Below are positions 29,979-39,891 of a stretch of DNA of 64,000 bases, piece by piece (positions within the stretch are counted from its first letter, which is position 1; each line of letters begins with the position of its first letter). The DNA comes from an uncultured Gemmatimonadaceae bacterium (GTDB taxonomy: Bacteria; Gemmatimonadota; Gemmatimonadetes; Gemmatimonadales; Gemmatimonadaceae): positions 384,001 through 448,000 of the forward strand of contig CAWJMB010000002.1 of NCBI GenBank assembly GCA_963843845.1, read 5' to 3'. The position numbers were made by a program, and so were the translations under genes. The notes under the pieces are model-generated. The model ran no database searches and was not told where the DNA came from. It was given only the letters and a program-made list of their open reading frames with translations.

Positions 29979-31895
29979 ATGTCCGCACCCCGCCTCGCCC
30001 TGACCCTCGCGCTGACGGCGCCGCTCGTCGCGAGCGCCGCGCACGCACAGCCCGTCACGAAGGATCGTCCCGTCTCGACGCCCGTCGCGCGCGGCGCGGC
30101 GCGAACGGTGTGGCCCGACGAGGGGCCGGCGACGTGGGCGCCGCGCCCGACGGCGCCGGAGATCACGGCGAACGACCTGCGTTCGCGCCTCTACCCGCTC
30201 GCCGACGACTCGATGATGGGGCGGCGCATCGGCGAGCTCGGGAACTTCAAAGGGACCGACTACATCGCGCGCGAGTTCAGGCGGCTCGGCCTCAAGCCGG
30301 GCGGCGAGAACGGGACCTACTTCCAGGTGATGCCGTTCGGGCCGGCACGCTTCGACAGCGCGAGCGCGCGGCTGGCCGTCGGCGGCCAGCCACTCTCGCA
30401 GAAGACCGACTGGATCCCGACCGCGCCGTCGACCGCGAACGGCTTCGGCGGCAGGGCCGAGCTGACGAACGTGCCGACCGTGTTCGCCGGCGAGTGGGGC
30501 GCGACGACCGCGATCGACCCGGCGCTGGTGCGCGGCAAGGTCGCGGTGTTCGTCGCCGCGCAGGGGAGCGGGGCGGCGGCCGGCGGCGGCGGACGCGGCG
30601 GGGCGCCCGCGCAGCAGCGGTGCGACTCGCTCCCCGACCGGTTCGGCGCGGCGGCGGCGGGCGCGGTCGAGGCGGCACAGCGCGAGGCGGCGGCGCGGGC
30701 GGCGGCGGCGCGTGGGCAGCGTCCGACGACGGCGGCGCTCGCGACGGCGCGCGACGTTCGTGCGCAGACGGCGGGCGCCGCGGCGGTGCTCGTCGTCGGG
30801 CTCGACACGCTGCCGCGCAATACGGTCGCCGGCGCGTTCGACACGCGCAACGGCGATGCAGCCGACGCGCGGGATCGACGGTGCCGGGCGCGATCATCTC
30901 GCGCGCCGCGGCGGAGCGGATGTTCGGCACGACGATCGACGCAGCTCACGCGTCGGCACCGCCGGGCAGCCGGTGAGCGCGACGCTGGAGCTACGACTGG
31001 CGCCTGTCGACGACGCCGGCGCGCAACGTCATCGCGATCCTGCCCGGCTCCGACCCGGCGCGCGCCGGCGAGTACGTGCTCGTCGGCGCGCACAACGATC
31101 ACGTCGGCACGAACCCGGTGGCCGTCGACCACGACTCGCTGCGCGCCGTGAACACGGTGACGCGCCGGCAGGGCGCGAACGACTCCGGCGTGCCGCCCGA
31201 TCGCCCGACCAGCAGCAGCGCATCGACTCGCTCATCCGCTACGCGCGCAGCATCCGCCCGCCGCGCCGCGACTCGATCATCAACGGCGCCGACGACGACG
31301 GCTCGGGCACGGTGGTGATGCTCGAGATCGCCGAGAAGTTCGCGAGCGAGCGGCCGGCCCGCTCGATCATCTTCGTCTCGCACAACGGCGAGGAGGCGCG
31401 GCCTGCTCGGCTCGGCGTGGTTCGTCGACCATCCGACGATCCCGCTCGCGCCAGGTCGTCGCGGCGCACAACATGGACATGGTGGGCAAGGGGCGCGCGG
31501 AGCAGGTGAAGTTCGGCGGCCCGAACTCGCTGCAGATGCTCGGCGCGCGCCGGCTGTCGCGCGAGTTCGGCGACATCATCGACTCGGTGAACGCGATGCG
31601 CGCCGAGCCGATGGCGATCGACAAGAGCTGGGACGTGCCGGCGAACCCGCTGCAACCGCTTCTGCCGCAGCGACCAGGTGAACTACGTCGCGCAAGGACG
31701 TCCCGGTCACCTACTTCTCGCTCGGCTACGCGCAGGACTACCACCAGCTGACCGACGAGCCGCAGTACATCGAGTACGATCACGCGGCGCAAGGTGGGGC
31801 GCTTCATCCACGACGTGATGTGGGCGATCTCCGAGCGGAAGGACCGGCTCTCGGTCGGCGCCGCGGACACGACGATGCCGCGCTGCAATCGTTAG
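29979..31895 (+). CDS. M28 family peptidase with PA domain; frameshifted
   Basis: LADDSMMGRR, LVGAHNDHVG, NGADDDGSG, HNGEE, NMDMVG, DYHQLTDE across frames. Confidence 0.88.
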
Positions 31896-31929
31896 CGCAC
31901 GATCAGGCCCTGTCAGCCCCCTCGATCTC

Positions 31930-32415
31930 ATGGCGACTCCTTCTCCCTACCGATCGCTCCCCGCCGAGACGCGGGTCGCGCTCGTGCTGCACGCGATCAA
32001 GTCGGCCCGCGAGATGCGCGCGCTCTGGGTGCAGCGACTCGATGGCGCGGGGCGGCGGCTTCCGCGCCGTGACGCTCATGTCGTGGCCCCCCGACCGACT
32101 CGCGCAGCGAGGTCGTGCGGCACGAACGCCGAGACGGCGCAGGACGAGTCGATCTGCTGCACCTGCACTACGTGGAGCGCGAGCCGCAGATCCAGACGAC
32201 GTTCCTCGACGCGGCCGGCGTGCGGCACGAAGCGTGGCCGGATGGCCGACGAGCTCGAGCTGCCGTACGCGGACGCCGAGGGCGTGGCGCGGGCCTCGGC
32301 CGCGGTGCGTGCGGCGCATGGCGAGGACGGCGAGCGTTACCTGCGCACGCTCGCGCGCTACGGGCGCGAGGGGTGGCCGGGGATCGAGGCGGTCGTCGAC
32401 ACGGCGGGCGGGTAG
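31930..32415 (+). CDS. Hypothetical protein; internal frameshifts
   Basis: Coherent N- and C-termini (MATPSPYRSL..., YLRTLARYGREGWPG); middle segments in other frames. Confidence 0.6.
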   Translation: MATPSPYRSLPAETRVALVLHAIKSAREMRALWVQRLDGAGRRLPRRDAHVVAPRPTRAARSCGTNAETAQDESICCTCTTWSASRRSRRRSSTRPACGTKRGRMADELELPYADAEGVARASAAVRAAHGEDGERYLRTLARYGREGWPGIEAVVDTAGG

Positions 32416-32489
32416 CCCGCTCCCCGGAGCCGTTCCGGGGACGACAGACCCCGGCCATGCCGTCGGTCGTCGGTCACGCCGACGGCTGC

Positions 32490-33392
32490 TCAGGCAGCGC
32501 GCGAGCGTACGCAGACTTCCTGCACGAGACCGCGCAGCCAGCGGTGCGCCGCGTCGGCGTGCAGTCGCGGATGCCAGAGCATCGACACCGTGAACGCCGG
32601 CGTCGGGACGGGTACGGGGAAGGTGTGCATGCCGGCGCGCAGCACGCCCGTGTGCCGCTCCGGAACCGAGGCGATCAGGTCCGATCCCCGCGCGATCGCG
32701 AGCGCGCAGGCGAAGCCGTCGACGATCGTCGCGACCCGCCGCGTCAGCCCGAGCCCGCTCAGCGCGTCGTCGATCTCTCCCCGCTCGGCGCCGAGCCGCG
32801 AGACGTGCACGTGGCGGTGGGCCGCGTAGCGCGCCGCGGAGATCGGCCCGTCGGTCAGCGGGTGGCCGGCGCGGACGACGCCGACGAGGCGATCGTCGAA
32901 GAGCGCACGCACGCGGAGCTCGGGGCCCGTCGTCGGCTCGACGACGCCGGTCTCGAGGTCGACGGTCCCCTCGCGGAGCGGTGTGCTCGCCTTGTCGGGC
33001 TTCTGCACGAAGCGCAGCCGCGCCGCCGGCGCTTCCGCGGCAGCCCTGGCGATGAGGGCGGCGCCGAAGTTCTCGACGAACCCCTCGCTCGCGCGCAGCG
33101 TGAAGGTGCGCTCCAGCTGCAGGAGGTCGAGCCGCTCGGCCGGACGCAGCACGGCCTGGCTGTCCTGCACGAGCTGGCCGACGCGCTCGCGCAGCTCGAT
33201 CGCGCGCGGCGTGGGGACGAGGCCGCGCCCGGCACGAACGAGCAGCGGGTCGCCGGTCGTCGCGCGCAGACGGGCGAGCGACCGGCTCATGGCCGAGGGG
33301 CTCAGGCGAAGACGCCGCGCCGCCCGCGCGACATTCCCCTCCGCGAGCAGGACGTCGAGCGTGACGAGGAGGTTCAGGTCGGGCCGTGACAT
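32490..33392 (-). CDS. LysR family regulator
   Basis: PDLNLLVTLDVLLAEGNVARAARRLRLSPSAMSRSLARLR..GDPLLVR; WHPR..DAAHRWLR. Confidence 0.95.
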   Translation of the reverse strand: MSRPDLNLLVTLDVLLAEGNVARAARRLRLSPSAMSRSLARLRATTGDPLLVRAGRGLVPTPRAIELRERVGQLVQDSQAVLRPAERLDLLQLERTFTLRASEGFVENFGAALIARAAAEAPAARLRFVQKPDKASTPLREGTVDLETGVVEPTTGPELRVRALFDDRLVGVVRAGHPLTDGPISAARYAAHRHVHVSRLGAERGEIDDALSGLGLTRRVATIVDGFACALAIARGSDLIASVPERHTGVLRAGMHTFPVPVPTPAFTVSMLWHPRLHADAAHRWLRGLVQEVCVRSRAA

Positions 33393-33433
33393 GAGGGGGT
33401 GCGGCACGAGGAGCGCGAGATGTGGCGCCGGGT

Positions 33434-33448
33434 GCACGAATATCGTGC
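33434..33448. promoter_or_regulatory. Candidate operator between divergent lysR and MFS genes
   Basis: GCACGA-ata-TCGTGC. Confidence 0.35.
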
Positions 33449-33629
33449 GACTCGTGCGCGTTCCGCCACGGATCGGCTACGGCTACGCTGCGGACGACTC
33501 CACTGACGGGGTCACCTGCCTGCGGAGCGCACCCTGTCGTCACACCCCGAGACCACACACGCGGAGGGCGCCGGCCGCACCGACCAGGCGCCGGCGCTCC
33601 GCGGGACCCGAACGGCCCTCTCGCTGGCC

Positions 33630-35036
33630 ATGCTGCTCTCCGCGCTCGGCACCAGCGTCGCCAACGTCGGGCTGCCGACGCTCACGCGGGCGTTCGGCGC
33701 CTCCTTCCAGGCAGTGCAGTGGGTCGTCCTCGCCTACCTGCTCGCCGTCACCACACTCGTCGTCGGCGCCGGCCGGCTCGGCGACCTCGTCGGCCGACGG
33801 CGGCTGCTGACGGCGGGGATCGGCCTCTTCACCACGGCCTCACTCCTCTGCGGGCTCGCGCCCACGCTGCCGCTGCTGATCGCCGCGCGGACCGCACAGG
33901 GGATCGGCGCGGCCGCGATGATGGCGCTGACGGTGGCGTTCGTCGGCGACGCGGTGCCCACCGCGCAGCGCGGGAGCGCCATGGGGCTCCTCGGAGCCAC
34001 GTCGGCGGTCGGCACCGCGCTCGGCCCGTCGCTCGGTGGCGCGCTGCTCGCCGGCTCGGGGTGGCGCGCGCTCTTCCTCGTCAACGTTCCGTTGGGCGCC
34101 GTCACGCTCTGGCTCACGCGCCGCCATCTCCCCGCCGATCGGTCGGCGGCGCGCCCGGACCGGCGCTCGTTCGACCTCGTAGGCACGACGCTCCTCGCCA
34201 TCGCGCTCAGCGCCTATGCGCTCGGCATGACACTCGGACGGGGACACTTCGGCGCGCCGAACCTGGCGCTGCTGGCAGGAGCAGCGCTCGTCGTCGTGCT
34301 GTTCGTGCGCGTCGAGGCGCGGACCGCCTCACCGCTCGTGCGGCTGTCCGCCTTCGCCGACCGCGCGCTCTCGGGGCACCTCGCCGCGAACGCGCTCGTC
34401 TCGACCGTGATGATGGCGACGCTGGTCGTCGGGCCGTTCTACCTGGCCCGCGCGCTCGGGCTCGCGCCGGCGCTCGTCGGGGTGGCGATGTCGGTCGGCC
34501 CGATCGTCGCCGCGGCGGCCGGCGTGCCGGCCGGCCGCCTCTCCGATCGCTTCGGGACGCGCCGGGTGAGCGTCGGCGGACTCGTCGTGACCGCGACGGG
34601 AGCTGCACTGCTCGCCGCGCTGCCGACGACGCTCGGCGTCGCCGGCTATCTCGCCCCGATCGCGCTCGTCACGCTCGGCTACGCGCTCTTCCAGGCGGCC
34701 AACAGCGCGGCGACCATGGCGACCGTGACGGCCGACCAGCGCGGGGTGATCGCCGGTCTGCTCGGACTGTCGCGCAACCTCGGGCTCGTCACCGGCGCGT
34801 CGGTGCTGAGCGCGCTGTTCGCGCTGGCGTCGGGCGCGCGCGACGTCGCGACGGCAGCGCCGACAGCGGTCGCGACGGGGATGCGGATCACCTTCGCGAC
34901 CGCCGCGGCGCTCGTCCTCGGCGCCCTGCTCGTCACCGCGGGCTCCCGCGTTCGACATGCGATCGGCGCCGCCGCGGTCGTCGCGCTGGCGTGGGTCATC
35001 GCGACGACCCGCGCGCGTCCGACGCTCCACGGCTGA
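33630..35036 (+). CDS. MFS efflux transporter (DHA2-like)
   Basis: GRLGDLVGRRR motif A, WRALFLVNVPLG, many TM helices. Confidence 0.92.
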   Translation: MLLSALGTSVANVGLPTLTRAFGASFQAVQWVVLAYLLAVTTLVVGAGRLGDLVGRRRLLTAGIGLFTTASLLCGLAPTLPLLIAARTAQGIGAAAMMALTVAFVGDAVPTAQRGSAMGLLGATSAVGTALGPSLGGALLAGSGWRALFLVNVPLGAVTLWLTRRHLPADRSAARPDRRSFDLVGTTLLAIALSAYALGMTLGRGHFGAPNLALLAGAALVVVLFVRVEARTASPLVRLSAFADRALSGHLAANALVSTVMMATLVVGPFYLARALGLAPALVGVAMSVGPIVAAAAGVPAGRLSDRFGTRRVSVGGLVVTATGAALLAALPTTLGVAGYLAPIALVTLGYALFQAANSAATMATVTADQRGVIAGLLGLSRNLGLVTGASVLSALFALASGARDVATAAPTAVATGMRITFATAAALVLGALLVTAGSRVRHAIGAAAVVALAWVIATTRARPTLHG

Positions 35037-35280
35037 GCGCGCGCCGCGCGCCATGCCGCGACACTTCTCACCCCTCACACTCCAATGCGAGGTCGCCCGG
35101 AACCTCGTCTCGACTTCTCCGCAGCCGGCGGCGACGCGATGAACGCTCTCGAGCAGCGCATCGCGCGCTCCGTCCTGGAGCGATCGCTGGTCGATCTGGT
35201 CCGATTGCGCGCGTCGCTCGCGTTCCGGACGCTCCCCGCGTGATGGCCACGGCAGTTCGCGCGTGGCTCGACCGTTGTTG

Positions 35281-35366
35281 ACAGAAGGAACAGAAGGAAC
35301 AGAAGGAACAGAAGGCACGGAAGACCTGCTCGGGTGCTCTCTTCCGTGCCTTCTGTTCCTTCTGTC
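35281..35366. repeat. 9-bp tandem repeat (ACAGAAGGA) forming a 26-bp hairpin
   Basis: 35299-35324 is the reverse complement of 35340-35365. Confidence 0.88.
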
Positions 35367-35465
35367 GAGAACTACAGCGAGCGCATCCGCGCCATGTGCT
35401 GCAGTCGAGGTGATCAGACCCGATGCGTGACGCGGGCGCTACGAGTGTGGCATCGAACGGTTCCA

Positions 35466-35535
35466 GCCGCTCGTCCGGCGCCGCTCGTCCAGCGCCGCTC
35501 GTCCAGCGCCGCTCGTCAGGCGCCGCTCGTCAGGC
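35466..35535. repeat. 14-bp tandem repeat (about GCCGCTCGTCCAGC x5) overlapping the PRTase stop
   Basis: Units at 35466, 35480, 35494, 35508, 35522. Confidence 0.85.
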
Positions 35536-36138
35536 GGCGCCGCTCTCGAGCGGCACGTGTGCCGCGCACAGCGGGCACGCGTCGGGCGGCCAGATCTCGT
35601 ACGGCGCGCGGAGCGGCGCCTCGACCGGGATGCCCAACGCGTCGAAGTGGTCGGCCCCCGCGTCGCCGAGCAGCAGGAGCGCGCCGACCGCGGCGATCGT
35701 CGCGCCGTGCGACACGAGGACGTCGTCGGTCGCGCGGAGCGACGAGCCGGCGCTCACAACGTCGTCGACGAGCGCGACGCGCTCGCCGCGCACGCGATCG
35801 GCGAACGCGCGCGGAAGGGCGTAGCGAGCGCGGAACAGCGCACCTCCGTCGGCGACGTCGTCGGGCACGCGCTCGGTGAAGCAGAACGGCACGCCGAGCT
35901 TCAGCGCGACGAGCTGCGCGAGGAACGCCCCGCCGAGCAGCGGGCCGCAGACGAGGTCGGGCGCGTGCGCGCCCAACGCGTCGGCGAGGCGCGTCACGAG
36001 CGGGTCGACGGCGCGCGCGTCGGCGAACAGCGCGTCGAGGTCGAGCCAGAGCGCGCCGTGATAGCCGGACTCCAGCCGGAAGTGCCCGCGCCGTGCGGCG
36101 ACGAGGTCGAGCAGGGCGGTGGCGTCGAGATCGGACAT
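35530..36138 (-). CDS. Orotate-phosphoribosyltransferase-like type I PRTase
   Basis: GHFRLESGYH, VCGPLLGG, PRPP loop VALVDDVVSAGSS, C-terminal CPLC. Confidence 0.85.
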   Translation of the reverse strand: MSDLDATALLDLVAARRGHFRLESGYHGALWLDLDALFADARAVDPLVTRLADALGAHAPDLVCGPLLGGAFLAQLVALKLGVPFCFTERVPDDVADGGALFRARYALPRAFADRVRGERVALVDDVVSAGSSLRATDDVLVSHGATIAAVGALLLLGDAGADHFDALGIPVEAPLRAPYEIWPPDACPLCAAHVPLESGAA

Positions 36139-36190
36139 CGAGGCGGCGAGCGCGGTGGCGGGTGGCACGGTGTTGGCCCATCGGGCGGAC

Positions 36191-38806
36191 ATGAACGATA
36201 CCGACTCACCGCGCGGCTTCGTGCGTGTGCGTGGCGCGCGCGAGCACAACCTCAAGGACGTCGACGTCGACGTGCCGCGCGACGCGCTCGTCGTGTTCAC
36301 CGGCGTCTCGGGCTCCGGGAAGTCGAGCCTGGCGTTCGGCACGCTCTACGCCGAGGCGCAGCGGCGGTATCTCGAATCGGTCGCGCCGTACGCGCGGCGG
36401 CTGTTCGACCAGATGGCGGCACCGGCGGTCGACTCCATCGATGGCTTGCCGCCCGCGGTCGCCCTGCAGCAGCAGCGCGGCGCGCCGACGTCGCGCTCGT
36501 CGGTCGGGAGCGTGACGACGCTCTCCAACCTGCTGCGCATGCTCTACTCGCGCGCCGGCGACTACCCGCCGGGCCAGTCGATCATCTACGCCGAAGGGTT
36601 CTCGCCGAACACCCCCGACGGCGCCTGCCCGAACTGTCACGGGCTCGGCAGGGTCTACGAGGTGACCGAGCGGTCGATGGTGCCCGACGACACGCTGACG
36701 ATCCGCGAGCGCGCCGTCGCCGCGTGGCCGCCGGCGTGGCACGGGCAGAACCTGCGCGACATCCTCGTCACGCTCGGCTACGACGTGGACACGCCGTGGC
36801 GCGACCTCCCGGCGGCGGACCGCGAGTGGATCCTGTTCACCGAGGAGCAGCCGCAGGTGCCGGTGTATCCGGGCTTCACGCCGGAGGAGACGCGGCGCGC
36901 GCTCGAGCGCAAGGAGCCGCCGGCGTACATGGGGACGTTCACGAGCGCGCGGCGCTTCGTGCTGCACACCTTCGCGACGACCGAGAGCGCGATGGTGCGC
37001 CGCCGCGTCGCGCGCTACATGACGAGCGGCGAGTGTCCGGTGTGCGGCGGCAAGCGCCTCAAGCAGGAGGCGCTCTCGGTCACCTTCGCCGGCTACGACA
37101 TCGCCGAGCTGTCGCGGCTGCCGATGGCGCGGCTCGACGCGCTGCTGCGGCCGACGGCGGAGGGACGCGCGCCGGGCGGCCGAGCGCCGAGCGGACAGGT
37201 GCCGGACGGCCACGCGGTCGGGAGCCGGGCGCCGAAAGGAAAGGGCGGCCATCAGGCCGACGCCCCGCACCCCGAGCAGGCCATCGCCGCCCAGCGCCTC
37301 GCCGAGGACCTGTGCGCGCGGCTCGACGTGCTGCTCGACCTGGGGCTCGGCTACCTCTCGCTCGAGCGGTCGACACCGACGCTGTCGCCGGGCGAGCTGC
37401 AGCGGCTCCGCCTCGCGACGCAGGCACGGTCGAACCTGTTCGGCGTCGTCTACGTGCTCGACGAGCCGTCGGCGGGGCTGCATCCGGCGGACACCGAGGC
37501 GTTGCTGCGCGCGCTGGACCGCCTGAAGTCGGGCGGCAACTCGCTGTTCGTCGTCGAACACGAGCTGGACGTCGTGCGGCGGGCCGACTGGATCGTCGAC
37601 GTCGGGCCGGCGGCGGGGGAGCACGGCGGCGAGGTGCTCTACAGCGGCCCGCCGGCCGGACTCGCGGCCGTCGAGGCGTCGCAGACGCGGCGCTTCCTCT
37701 TCCCGGCGCCCACGGCGCACGGCCGGACCCCGACCGGGCGCGCCCCGCGTCCGACGCGCGAGTGGCTGCGGCTCGCCGGCGTGACACGGAACAACGTGCG
37801 CGACCTCGACGTCGCGTTCCCGTTAGGCACGCTGACGACCGTCACCGGCGTGTCCGGTTCAGGCAAGTCGACGCTCGTCAGTCAGGCGCTCGTCGAGCTC
37901 GTCGCGGACGCGTTAGGCACCGCCGCGGTCGACGACGACGCCGGTGAGGGACCGTCGCTCGAGAGCGCGGGCGCGGGGCCGTCGAGCGGCCGCGTCGCCG
38001 GCGGGCTCGAACGGATCCGGCGCCTCGTGCCGGTCGACCAGAAGCCGATCGGCCGCACGCCGCGCTCGAACCTGGCGACGTACACGGGGATGTTCGACCA
38101 CATCCGCAAGCTGTTCGCGGCGACGAAGACGGCGCGGGCGCGGAAGTACGACGCCGGCCGCTTCTCGTTCAACGTCGCGAAGGGGCGCTGCGAGAACTGC
38201 GAGGGAGAGGGCTTCGTCTCCGTCGAGCTGCTGTTCCTGCCGAGCGTGTACGCGCCCTGTCCCGTGTGCCACGGCGCGCGCTACAACGCGAAGACGCTCG
38301 AGGTGCTCTACCGCGGGAAGCACGTCGCCGAGGTGCTCGGCATGACCGTGGACGCGGCGCGCGCGTTCTTCGACGACGCCCCGCCGGTGTGCCGCCCGCT
38401 CGACGTCCTGCAGGAAGTCGGACTCGGCTACCTGCGGCTCGGGCAGCCGGCGACGGAGCTCTCGGGGGGCGAGGCGCAGCGCGTGAAACTCGCGTCGGAG
38501 CTGCAGCGCACGCAGCGCGGCGACACGCTCTACGTGCTCGACGAGCCGACGACGGGGCTGCACCCGGCTGACGTCGAGCGGCTGCTGACGCAGCTCGACC
38601 GGCTCGTCGACGCGGGGAACACGGTGATCGTCGTCGAGCACGACATGGACGTCATCGCGCGCAGCGACTGGATCATCGACGTCGGGCCGGGGGCGGGAGA
38701 CGAGGGGGGGCGCGTCGTGGCGGCGGGGGTGCCGAGCGACGTGGCGCGCGCGGCGGGGAGCCGGACGGCGTCGTACCTGGCGGCGGCGCTCGGCGGGCGC
38801 GGCTGA
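36191..38806 (+). CDS. UvrA-family ATPase, class II type (no UvrB-binding domain)
   Basis: GAREHNLK, two GVSGSGKS Walker A motifs, [17 protein letters not shown]; direct join YSRAG..GACPNCHGLG. Confidence 0.93.
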   Translation: MNDTDSPRGFVRVRGAREHNLKDVDVDVPRDALVVFTGVSGSGKSSLAFGTLYAEAQRRYLESVAPYARRLFDQMAAPAVDSIDGLPPAVALQQQRGAPTSRSSVGSVTTLSNLLRMLYSRAGDYPPGQSIIYAEGFSPNTPDGACPNCHGLGRVYEVTERSMVPDDTLTIRERAVAAWPPAWHGQNLRDILVTLGYDVDTPWRDLPAADREWILFTEEQPQVPVYPGFTPEETRRALERKEPPAYMGTFTSARRFVLHTFATTESAMVRRRVARYMTSGECPVCGGKRLKQEALSVTFAGYDIAELSRLPMARLDALLRPTAEGRAPGGRAPSGQVPDGHAVGSRAPKGKGGHQADAPHPEQAIAAQRLAEDLCARLDVLLDLGLGYLSLERSTPTLSPGELQRLRLATQARSNLFGVVYVLDEPSAGLHPADTEALLRALDRLKSGGNSLFVVEHELDVVRRADWIVDVGPAAGEHGGEVLYSGPPAGLAAVEASQTRRFLFPAPTAHGRTPTGRAPRPTREWLRLAGVTRNNVRDLDVAFPLGTLTTVTGVSGSGKSTLVSQALVELVADALGTAAVDDDAGEGPSLESAGAGPSSGRVAGGLERIRRLVPVDQKPIGRTPRSNLATYTGMFDHIRKLFAATKTARARKYDAGRFSFNVAKGRCENCEGEGFVSVELLFLPSVYAPCPVCHGARYNAKTLEVLYRGKHVAEVLGMTVDAARAFFDDAPPVCRPLDVLQEVGLGYLRLGQPATELSGGEAQRVKLASELQRTQRGDTLYVLDEPTTGLHPADVERLLTQLDRLVDAGNTVIVVEHDMDVIARSDWIIDVGPGAGDEGGRVVAAGVPSDVARAAGSRTASYLAAALGGRG

Positions 38807-38915
38807 CGCCGACAGTCGGCTGCCGGCTGGCTGCCTGACGCCGCCGGGCCTGCCCGCCGCTCGCCACCGCCCGCCACTCGGCGCCCCGTCCGCGCTCGGC
38901 GCCCGTCCGCCCCAC

Positions 38916-38997
38916 CGTCATTCCGAGCGCAGCGAGGGATCTCGCTGTGCGCTCAAGGTGCCTAACAGCGAGATCCCTCGCTGCGCTCGGGATGACG
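38916..38997. repeat. REP-like palindromic element
   Basis: GTCATTCCGAGCGCAGCGAGGGATCTCGCTGT...ACAGCGAGATCCCTCGCTGCGCTCGGGATGAC. Confidence 0.85.
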
Positions 38998-39033
38998 CTC
39001 GAGGAACGGACGGTCGAGGGCGGGGGGCCCGCG

Positions 39034-39879
39034 TCAGGGACTGTCGAGCACAGGGTAGCGCTGCGCGAGCCACCCCGCGTGGCTCGCGATGAACCGCGCC
39101 GGGTTCGCGACGCGGAAGCTGTTCCCGTATGCCGCGAGAATGCGCGTCTCCTGCGTCCGCTCGAGCGCCTTGGCGCCCGCCGAGGCGACGCGGTTCTGCT
39201 TCTCCGCGCTTGCCGCCTCGTAGACCTCGCTGATCTGCGCGAACCACGCGGTGAGCGCGGTCAGGACCGCGTCGCGGTCGATCGCGAGCGGACGCGACGC
39301 GTCGACGCGGGCGGCGCGCCACATCCGCTGCACGGTGTCGCCGAACAGCAGCTTGAGGCCGCGCACCTTCGTCGACTTCGCCATGATCTCCGCCTGACTG
39401 TCGGCGCGGTTGAACACCGCGGGGAGCACGGTCGTCTCGGCGAAGATCTGCTCGGTCGCGAGCTGCACGCGGTCGACGGCGAGCGCGAGCGCGGCGCGGC
39501 GCGCCACCGCGGCGCGCGGGTCGGTCGAGCGCGATCGGGGCCGAGCCGCGGGCGGCTCGGCGAGCCGCCACACCGGCCGCTCGCCGACGGTGATCGTGCC
39601 GGGGAGGAGGTGCGCGGCCTGCTGCCGCAGCTCGTCGTCCGACTGCGCCGTCGTGTCCTGCACCGCGCCCTTCACGCAGCGCACCGCGTCGTGCACGGCG
39701 GAAGCGCGCTCCGCGTGCAGCGAGCGGATCGCGGCGATGTGGTAGCACGCCTCGCACACCGCCACCCCGCGCTCGATCGCCACGTCCTCGGCGAACGGGA
39801 CGAGGTTCGCGTCGGGGAGATCGCCGACGCGGAGCGTGCGCCGCAGCGACGACGGGCCGTAGAGAACGACACGGCTCAC
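39034..39879 (-). CDS. Hypothetical protein (281 aa)
   Basis: Strong RBS GGAGGTG, GTG start 12 nt after the acylase stop, GC3-biased codons. Confidence 0.75.
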   Translation of the reverse strand: MSRVVLYGPSSLRRTLRVGDLPDANLVPFAEDVAIERGVAVCEACYHIAAIRSLHAERASAVHDAVRCVKGAVQDTTAQSDDELRQQAAHLLPGTITVGERPVWRLAEPPAARPRSRSTDPRAAVARRAALALAVDRVQLATEQIFAETTVLPAVFNRADSQAEIMAKSTKVRGLKLLFGDTVQRMWRAARVDASRPLAIDRDAVLTALTAWFAQISEVYEAASAEKQNRVASAGAKALERTQETRILAAYGNSFRVANPARFIASHAGWLAQRYPVLDSP

Positions 39880-39891
39880 CGCGTCACCTCC

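Noticed and set aside
35530..36138. Assigning the symbol pyrE
   Set aside because: Divergent sequence and no pyr context; may be a paralog.
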